Shown one piece after another: positions 35,262 through 41,739 of a stretch of 41,739 bases of DNA. The notes under the pieces were generated by a model, which saw only the letters and a program-made list of their open reading frames with translations, searched no databases and was not told the DNA's origin. How positions within the stretch are numbered: position 1 is the first letter of the stretch; every line of letters starts with the position of its first letter. The stretch covers positions 1-41,739 of IMG/VR virus record IMGVR_UViG_3300043414_000157. The stretch is one strand, 5' to 3'. The translations under genes and the position numbers were made by a program. The stretch comes from a virus (Duplodnaviria > Caudoviricetes).

Positions 35262-36209
35262 TTAGGCTGCGACAGCCATCACAACACCAGCATCTGTACG
35301 AAGCACCTTAGTGCCATACAACATGTCAGATGTAAACAGAGTTGCTAAGAACTCTTGCTTATACTGCTGTTGTGAACGAACAGACATCTGCTCAATATGA
35401 ACAGCCCAATCTTTGTGCAACAAAGCAGCAGCCTTAACACCTGTTTCCAGAGTGGGACAGTTGCTAGACACAACAACAGGGATACCATACAGGTTGCCAA
35501 CTTCACCATTGCGAATGGTATTAGCATTACCCACTTCACCAACAAAACCTTGCTCAGTGTAGCGAGAGATACCCATCAAGGTATTACGTGCTGAAGGAGG
35601 AATTACCAATACACGTCCGTCCATTGGATGGTCAGCGTCATCCAAATACTGGATGGCACGGCGGAAACCAACGTCAGCGAATGCACCGATGTCGGCAGTG
35701 CCGTCAGCGTCATAGGCTTCCAAGACACCTGTTGAGGTGTTGAACTGGAAGGAACGACTGTGTACATAAGATGAACCATCACCATTACCCAAACTCTTAA
35801 TCAAAGTCCAGAGGTCATCATCAATCTGCTTTGCCATAGCATAGCCAGCATCATCAGTGTAATGCTTACGCAAAGAAGGCAAAGCTTGAACTTCAACAAT
35901 GTCTTCAATCAAGTAAGACACTTCTTTGTGTGAGCTCAAGTTGACAGTGATAGAACTTTGTGACAAGTTCTGCATGGTAACTGCTGTGTTCTCAGCTTTA
36001 GTCTGAGCAGCTAAACCACGTGAAGGGTTAGGGATAATAAGAGCATCACCTTTCTTACCCTTGAAACTCATCTTACGCACAAACTGTGCAAGGACGAGGT
36101 TCTTCTTGTAAGCAGCGATAATCTCATCGCTCCATAAGTCGGGGAGAAAGCTAGAAGCTTCGGTAAGACCAGCAGCGCCAGTCATCGTGGGGAAAGTACT
36201 TGTTGCCAT
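35262..36209 (-). CDS. Major capsid protein (HK97 fold, P22-coat-like)
   Basis: FLPDLWSDEI...KGD...IP...AGYAMAKQID...G.VGNLYGIPVVVS.N...DMLYGTKVLR; follows the scaffold, and a terminator follows it. Confidence 0.93.
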   Translation of the reverse strand: MATSTFPTMTGAAGLTEASSFLPDLWSDEIIAAYKKNLVLAQFVRKMSFKGKKGDALIIPNPSRGLAAQTKAENTAVTMQNLSQSSITVNLSSHKEVSYLIEDIVEVQALPSLRKHYTDDAGYAMAKQIDDDLWTLIKSLGNGDGSSYVHSRSFQFNTSTGVLEAYDADGTADIGAFADVGFRRAIQYLDDADHPMDGRVLVIPPSARNTLMGISRYTEQGFVGEVGNANTIRNGEVGNLYGIPVVVSSNCPTLETGVKAAALLHKDWAVHIEQMSVRSQQQYKQEFLATLFTSDMLYGTKVLRTDAGVVMAVAA

Positions 36210-36229
36210 TTTAATCTTTCATAAGGTTA

Positions 36230-37000
36230 TTAACGAACCCTACCTTCTGCATATGCTGCCATAATTTCTGGCTGCAAGGACATATATCGGTCAGGGTCTT
36301 TACGCATGAGGTCTACAATGTCAGCACGGCGATATATCTTTCTACTCTGTGTCTCACCAGTTCCTTTAACAGAACCAGTTGATGCCTGTTTTAGTTGTTG
36401 TTTACGATCAACCTTTTGCATCTCAACTGTATTACTTAACATCTGCTGACGTTCTTTCCATGTAGTCAAAAGATCGTCTGCTGCATCAAAGTCATATCGC
36501 TGATCTGCTCTTGAAAGAAGTTCACTTCGCACCTTGCTCTTGCTTACCCACTCCTTGAAACCATCGTCATTAATAATATCCGTATAGTCAGGGTGAGCCG
36601 TCTGTAAAGCATTCAAGGCCTGAGCCTTCAACATCTGTGCATTTAAAGCTTCTGCTTCTTTTATCTTAGGGTGTCGTGAAACAGCCTGTTCAACAGCCTT
36701 CTGAGGATCTGAGAAGAAATCTACTTCGTCGTCCTGTGGGGCTTCTTTGGTAACAACTTGTGCTTTTACAAAATCATCAACAATACGCCGAAGCTCTCCA
36801 ACTTCTTGTGAATGTCTGCCCATCAGCTTCTCAGCTTCTTGGTGCATACGAATCAAATCAGTTGCGCTTTTACCTTTGTATCGTTCTGGAACTTGCTCTT
36901 GAGGGGTTTCCTGTTGGGGTTCCTCATGACTTTCTTCTTGGTCTAATTGAGCAATGTCCTCTTGTGTGTCTTGTACGCTGTCGTCAATAAATGTTGCCAT
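36230..37000 (-). CDS. Capsid scaffolding protein
   Basis: Acidic N-terminus, PERYKGKS, coiled coil, C-terminal EIMAAYAEGRVR; directly upstream of the capsid gene. Confidence 0.88.
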   Translation of the reverse strand: MATFIDDSVQDTQEDIAQLDQEESHEEPQQETPQEQVPERYKGKSATDLIRMHQEAEKLMGRHSQEVGELRRIVDDFVKAQVVTKEAPQDDEVDFFSDPQKAVEQAVSRHPKIKEAEALNAQMLKAQALNALQTAHPDYTDIINDDGFKEWVSKSKVRSELLSRADQRYDFDAADDLLTTWKERQQMLSNTVEMQKVDRKQQLKQASTGSVKGTGETQSRKIYRRADIVDLMRKDPDRYMSLQPEIMAAYAEGRVR

Positions 37001-37058
37001 ATAGTCTCCGTGCTTAATAGCATTATGGAAGATGAATGTTCCCTCTTACGAGGCATTC
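37001..37058 (-). promoter_or_regulatory. Structured translation-initiation region of the scaffold gene
   Basis: Hairpin GAATG-CCTC-GTAA-GAGG-gaa-CATTC, then TCTTCC-ataa-TGCT-atta-AGCA-c-GGAGA pairing the SD. Confidence 0.5.
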
Positions 37059-37279
37059 TGCTTTTGCTCTTTCGCCAGTTGTTCTTGGTGCTTTTTATCC
37101 CACTTCATTGCAGCCCCGGGGAAGCTACCTGTCACTCCTTCAAGCTTCACCTGAGGAGCACTCACCTGACGAAAGGCATCTGTGCCACAAACATTACAAC
37201 TTATTATTTCTGTTTCTACAGAAGTAAATCGTTCTTGTTTATGACCTTGTTGACAAGTGAAATCAAATACTCGTATCAT
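37046..37279 (-). CDS. FmdB-like zinc-ribbon protein
   Basis: MIRVFDFTCQQGH...CNVCG..A.RQVSAP. Start reassigned to 37279 (GGAG RBS). Confidence 0.8.
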   Translation of the reverse strand: MIRVFDFTCQQGHKQERFTSVETEIISCNVCGTDAFRQVSAPQVKLEGVTGSFPGAAMKWDKKHQEQLAKEQKQNAS

Positions 37280-37511
37280 TAGTAAGCTCCGCATATGATG
37301 CTTCGATAGCATTACGATAACCAATAAGAGTCTCTAATACTTCTACTTGTCCTTTTCTGAACCAGAACATATTTGCATCTGAGGCGTTCCGTATATCTGA
37401 AAGATTGTCTAAGCTACGCTTAAGGTCTTCCTGATAAATGTCCCAACCCTTATGTACAAATAAGTCCAAAAGAGATTCATAATAATCTTGAAGTTCTTTA
37501 TCCATTAGCAT
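37263..37511 (-). CDS. Conserved hypothetical head-module protein
   Basis: AGGAG RBS; YYE...LF...GW...FRKGQ. Confidence 0.8.
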   Translation of the reverse strand: MLMDKELQDYYESLLDLFVHKGWDIYQEDLKRSLDNLSDIRNASDANMFWFRKGQVEVLETLIGYRNAIEASYAELTNDTSI

Positions 37512-37539
37512 TTCTCCTATGTTGGATGCTTATGTCTCT

Positions 37540-37568
37540 ATTATACCACAAAAGTTTTACTTTGTCAA
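37540..37568 (-). promoter_or_regulatory. Sigma70-type promoter for the scaffold/capsid operon
   Basis: TTGACA-17 nt-TATAAT with extended -10 TG. Confidence 0.9.
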
Positions 37569-37572
37569 GTGT

Positions 37573-40164
37573 TTAATATGCCTCAAAGATGATAATTCCA
37601 CCAGCACCCAAGGGAGTAGAGCTTACACCGTGTGAACCACCGCCTCCAGCACCGTACCCCACTCCAGCTTGACCAGCAGTAGCTGTACTTCCGTATGAGC
37701 CGCCCCCAGAACCAAAGCCGGGGCAATCACCACCTCTACCAGAAGTATTAGTTGCTACCGTTGCAGCAGAACCATAAGAATTACCGCCTCGACCCCCGTC
37801 AATATTTACATCTCCACCAGTAGCTGTGCCACCAGTAGGCCCAGCGGTAGATGAGTTTGCATAAGCAGTAGTTGTTCCGTTTGAACCTGAGTTTGCAGTA
37901 ATTGTTGTGATGGTCAACGTACCAGAAGACACCGAAGAAGCTGTTCCTGACGCTGTTCCAACTGTATACGTTAAGGTCTGTGCTGCGGTCATAGATAACC
38001 ATTTAATTGCTACACCACCACCACTACCTCCAGTAGCTCTTGATGTTGTTGCATTACCTCCATTCCCGCCCGGTCCAACAACGGTAACTTTGACCCACTG
38101 CGTATTTGCTGGTGCGGTATAGGTTTGTGCTATACCAGACGTAAATGCTTGGGTATTTTTTGCTAGTGGTGAAGCAATTGAAATAGAACCACTACCATTT
38201 GTAATTGATACGCCCGCTCCAGCAGTCAAAGTAGTTTTGGTTAAAGTATTACCTGTAGTATTGCCAATGAGAAGTTGACCATCGGTATATGAAGTTTGAC
38301 CAGTTCCACCTTGTCCAACTGTTACAGCAGCATTGGTTGTAAGAATTGTAGTTGTTGCATCTGGTAATGTGTATGTTTTTTCTGCTGTAGTTGCACCAGA
38401 AAACTTTGTAAACCCATTGCCAGTACCGCCATAAGTAGACGCAATAATTTGAGTCAGTGCAGCAGAGCCATCAAAGTTGTTGCCATAAATTGCTCTAGTA
38501 GTTGTTAATGTGGCGGCTGAACCTGTTGTATTTTGATTCAGTGTTCCTATTGCAGTATTTGTAACGCTTGTAACCTGTCCTTGTGCGTTAGTAACGAATA
38601 CGGGAATTTGAGTGGAACTACCATAAGTTCCTGCCGTTCCAGTATTGGTAATTGAAAACTGATTGGTGGTTAAGGTTAAGCCTGTGCCAGCCGTATAGGT
38701 TTGACTTGCCGCAAACTCAATAAATACAAGACTTGTCGTGCCAATAGTGATTGGCAGAGGTGTCTGTTGAACCCATGATGTATTGGCATTAACTGTTCCG
38801 CTAATTACAAGTATGTAATCACCCTGATCCACTTCATTTGTACCTGCTCCGCTGGTGTCATAGTCGGTTGCTCTTGTCAGGATGTAGGGAAGTGATGCAG
38901 TACCAGCTTGAGTTAATGTATATACGCCATTGTTTGCAGTTGTAACCTCATTTTTAATTAATAAGCGCTTACCAACATCACCAACAACTAATGTGTAGCT
39001 GTCAATCGTTAACGTACCGACTGCATTGCCTGTCAGTGTTGCACCGACCCCGCCTGTGCCGTTGTTGTAAGTGTTTGCTGGCAATGCTGCTGTTGTTGCG
39101 TAATTACAAGCAGGATGAAAGTTAATGCCAGACGCAATTGAATCGGCATAAGATTTGTTAACAATGTCATTGCTTGAACTTGGTGCAGTAGTAATCGTGC
39201 CACTGGTTAGCGTGACCGATGTGATGTCGGTGTTTGTTCCACTTGCAGCAAATCCTGTGATTGCGCCGCCAAGGGTCAAATTCCCGCTATTGGTTACCGT
39301 GCCAGTTAAGGTTAAACCGCTGACCGTACCTGTACCGCTTACGCTTGTAACTGTGCCGCCCGAAGCTAAGGTAACCCATGTCGGTGCGCTTGTGGCATTG
39401 CTTTGCAATACCTGACCTGTCGATCCAACTTGACCATTAAATGCCACCGATCCATTGGTGTTGATGGTCATTGCATCTGTCGTGCTGACCGCACCATTCA
39501 CAATAAAACTGATCTTTTGACTGTCCCAACTACCTAAAACTAATGGGCCACCATACGATTCCACAAAACTTGCCAATGGCGTAGAAAACCCATTATTGGG
39601 AAACCCTGCTGCTGAATAACTGTAATTTGCGTTATTTATTCCCAGCTCGCCGTAAGCCGTATGACCGCCATCATTGACCGCATAACTCGCATACGATGTC
39701 GCACCTGAGTCGGTGTTTTGCAAGCTGGTGTAAAGATATAAAGGCTCGCTAGCGGTAAACCCTGCAATCACGCCCGAATCGGTGTGTCCAGTGGCATCGC
39801 CTACATTCAACGATCCAACATTGGTCACGCCTGCCGTGTAAGGTATCAAAACACGGTTATTAGCATCTTTGTTAACCGATTTACCCGCAGGGTAAGTGAC
39901 AAATACATCCTTTGTGCCAGCCGCAAGATTAAGTATTGACCCTGTGGATGAGGAAATTACGGTTGTTCTGGCTAAAGTCCCACCGTAATATGTCCCAATT
40001 CCTACCTCCCACTGAGTGCCGCCTGAGATTGTGTAATAGGTTGTGTTGTTGTTGCCAATGACGCTAAACGATTGAAACCCTGAAACTGCGCCACTAAGGG
40101 TTATCGTGCCTGTTCCAGTCGAATCGGTGGTTTCTCTAACCCTATCGGCAAGAACTAAGCTCAT
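37573..40164 (-). CDS. Tail fibre (863 aa as assembled), probably chimeric: N-terminus from the second phage, C-terminal glycine-rich tip shared with the main phage
   Basis: MSLVLADRVRETT...WEVGIGTY N-terminal domain, Thr/Gly-rich repeats and a glycine-rich C-terminal domain. Contains the 115-bp repeat. Confidence 0.8.
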   Translation of the reverse strand: MSLVLADRVRETTDSTGTGTITLSGAVSGFQSFSVIGNNNTTYYTISGGTQWEVGIGTYYGGTLARTTVISSSTGSILNLAAGTKDVFVTYPAGKSVNKDANNRVLIPYTAGVTNVGSLNVGDATGHTDSGVIAGFTASEPLYLYTSLQNTDSGATSYASYAVNDGGHTAYGELGINNANYSYSAAGFPNNGFSTPLASFVESYGGPLVLGSWDSQKISFIVNGAVSTTDAMTINTNGSVAFNGQVGSTGQVLQSNATSAPTWVTLASGGTVTSVSGTGTVSGLTLTGTVTNSGNLTLGGAITGFAASGTNTDITSVTLTSGTITTAPSSSNDIVNKSYADSIASGINFHPACNYATTAALPANTYNNGTGGVGATLTGNAVGTLTIDSYTLVVGDVGKRLLIKNEVTTANNGVYTLTQAGTASLPYILTRATDYDTSGAGTNEVDQGDYILVISGTVNANTSWVQQTPLPITIGTTSLVFIEFAASQTYTAGTGLTLTTNQFSITNTGTAGTYGSSTQIPVFVTNAQGQVTSVTNTAIGTLNQNTTGSAATLTTTRAIYGNNFDGSAALTQIIASTYGGTGNGFTKFSGATTAEKTYTLPDATTTILTTNAAVTVGQGGTGQTSYTDGQLLIGNTTGNTLTKTTLTAGAGVSITNGSGSISIASPLAKNTQAFTSGIAQTYTAPANTQWVKVTVVGPGGNGGNATTSRATGGSGGGVAIKWLSMTAAQTLTYTVGTASGTASSVSSGTLTITTITANSGSNGTTTAYANSSTAGPTGGTATGGDVNIDGGRGGNSYGSAATVATNTSGRGGDCPGFGSGGGSYGSTATAGQAGVGYGAGGGGSHGVSSTPLGAGGIIIFEAY
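38672..38786. repeat. 115-bp exact direct repeat, copy 2 (circularisation point of the main genome)
   Basis: Identical to 1-115. Confidence 0.97.
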
Positions 40165-41739
40165 TGGACAGCCTCCACCCCGATCACCATGCCATCAGCG
40201 CCCCTAACCACCCGCTTGGGCGCACCCATTTTCCTCATAGCCTCGCCAATGTTTTGCATGGTCTGACCGTGCATATTTGCCATCTGGTCGTGCATTTCTA
40301 CCATCTTGTTGACTGCATCCATAATCGGCGCACCCAGCTCGTTGGTTATTTGCGAAGCCGCTGCCTCAACGACTGGTAGATCGACACCAGGGTTGCTACC
40401 AATTCTTGCGACCATGATCTTAGTCGCTGCATCAAGTTCTGCTTTCCATCGCTCATATTCTTCTCTCCCTGCCATCTCTCTGGCTTTAATTTGCATCTCG
40501 TTGTTTTGTTTAGCCGCCTCAAACTCGGCTTTCATCTGCGCTAATTGCATCTCTGCCTGAGTCTTAGCTTGGTGCATTTGCATCTCAAGCTGTGCCTTGC
40601 CTTGCTCAATTTGAGCCTGTGCCTGCATTTTCATTTGTTCAGTCTGAGCCTGTGCCTGCATCCGCATTTGCTCTGCCTGCTGGTCGGCTTGTAATTGAAG
40701 CATCTCAGGATTGGGTTGTGGCGGCTGTTGTTTAGCCTGATCCGCTTTGTCTTGCAGGGCTTTCATTGCCCTTTCAACTGCGCTTTCCAACCCTCGACCA
40801 GCTCTAAACCTGCGTACTAAGAATAACAGCATCTCAGAAGCCATTGGCAAGGTCTCAGGCGCTTGGGCAATCATAGGGATCGCCTCACGCAAAAATAAAC
40901 CAATAGCTTGAATAGCCTCTTGTGCGCCCTGCTTTTCTGCTTGCTCGTCAATCTGAGCTAAGCTGTCAGCCTCCACCGCAATGTGAAAATCTCTAATTGT
41001 GCTGTTGGACAGCATCTGGATCGCCGCTTGCAACATCTGCGGGTCTTGACCGTCTGGTGTATTCATCACCCCAGACATTTCCACAATCAACTCAGGCGGG
41101 TAAAACTTACAAATAATCTGCGCTTTGAGCTTAAAAATGTCAGTGGCAAACCTAGCCACATCACCTTGAGCACTGCGTAATCGCAGACTACCAAAGTTGG
41201 CTTTGAGCTGTTGAGCGCCAAGGGTTTCCTGAGCTTTGGACGATCCACGCAGAATGTCTGATATGCCCATAATCTCGTAGATCGACTGCTTAACCTGTTC
41301 TCTAGCGGCGTACAGCTCTCGCAAGGTCACAATGATCTGCGATGTGTCCATCATGTCGATAGCGCCCTTTAAGCCGCCTTTTTCCGACATTGCCGCCCAA
41401 CCAGTCACAGGGAATAGCTTGTTGTCCACGCCCTCGCTAAACATCCGAGCCAATTCCTTGAACTCAGCATTAAACACACCGACCGCTTTACAAGCCTTTG
41501 TCAACAGGTAAATGCGCTGTGTCAGGTTGTCCAGCTCTTGCGCCTGATCTTCGTATTCACAATAATCAGGCACAGGGATCATTGTTCCCGTGGTGGTGGT
41601 CGCCATTAACGGCTTAGGACATGGGAAGAATTCTTCCAGCTCTAGCGGGTCGTCACGCTCGTCTAATGCCTGTGGATAACCTTTAGCAATCCAGCAAACC
41701 TTACCGCTGCGCTTGTTCCAAATCTCATAGACCATCGCC
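40161..41739 (-). CDS. Second portal protein of a different family, 5'-truncated by the window edge
   Basis: VYEIW.K...FFPCPKPL...PVPDY...YEIMGISDILRG...ETLGAQQLK plus a Gln-rich barrel. No obvious similarity to the 1679..3703 portal. Higher GC and CpG content. Confidence 0.8.
   Translation of the reverse strand, partial: AMVYEIWNKRSGKVCWIAKGYPQALDERDDPLELEEFFPCPKPLMATTTTGTMIPVPDYCEYEDQAQELDNLTQRIYLLTKACKAVGVFNAEFKELARMFSEGVDNKLFPVTGWAAMSEKGGLKGAIDMMDTSQIIVTLRELYAAREQVKQSIYEIMGISDILRGSSKAQETLGAQQLKANFGSLRLRSAQGDVARFATDIFKLKAQIICKFYPPELIVEMSGVMNTPDGQDPQMLQAAIQMLSNSTIRDFHIAVEADSLAQIDEQAEKQGAQEAIQAIGLFLREAIPMIAQAPETLPMASEMLLFLVRRFRAGRGLESAVERAMKALQDKADQAKQQPPQPNPEMLQLQADQQAEQMRMQAQAQTEQMKMQAQAQIEQGKAQLEMQMHQAKTQAEMQLAQMKAEFEAAKQNNEMQIKAREMAGREEYERWKAELDAATKIMVARIGSNPGVDLPVVEAAASQITNELGAPIMDAVNKMVEMHDQMANMHGQTMQNIGEAMRKMGAPKRVVRGADGMVIGVEAVQ

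Noticed and set aside
35262-35330. T7 10A/10B-type capsid frameshift extension
   Set aside because: No slippery sequence near the capsid 3' end, and a terminator follows directly.
38672-39251. Invertase/shufflon-type tail-fibre switching
   Set aside because: The repeats are direct, no recombinase is present, and the alternative part is an N-terminus attached to another portal.
2144-41180. Numerous antisense or alternate-frame ORFs in the track (e.g. 2339..2668, 15111..15566, 24186..24611, 33294..33605, 34901..35311)
   Set aside because: They are shadows of well-supported genes, with no RBS or motifs. The Pro-rich and Ala/Glu-rich ones mirror Gly-rich and Ser/Ala-rich repeats.

Overview
The window is almost entirely one lytic, podovirus-like dsDNA phage genome. 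It closes into a 38,671-bp circle because positions 1-115 are identical to 38672-38786. About 2.95 kb (38787-41739) appears to come from a second, unrelated phage joined through a shared tail-fibre segment. The main genome has two arms. The rightward early/replication arm (6323-21213) encodes a GP88-like Cys-rich protein, a small C5-methyltransferase-like protein, a T7 gp4-like primase-helicase, a family A DNA polymerase, SSB, a 5'-3' exonuclease, an HNH nuclease, a metallophosphoesterase and a class II ribonucleotide reductase. The leftward morphogenesis arm encodes terS, terL, portal, fibre, scaffold, capsid, fibres/adhesin, lysis, tail tube and ejection proteins. The arms diverge from a ~1-kb non-coding control region and converge on a bidirectional terminator. 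I found no RNA polymerase, integrase, tRNA or CRISPR array, and the promoters, including late ones, are near-perfect sigma70 consensus. The layout resembles SIO1/cobavirus (Zobellviridae)-type phages (inference). The most unusual signal is a 16-bp palindrome, GTWACT-N4-AGTWAC, in nine exact copies confined to the control region and early arm, including inside coding sequences and at the arm-junction terminator. All protein calls come from motif recognition by eye, and no database search was run.
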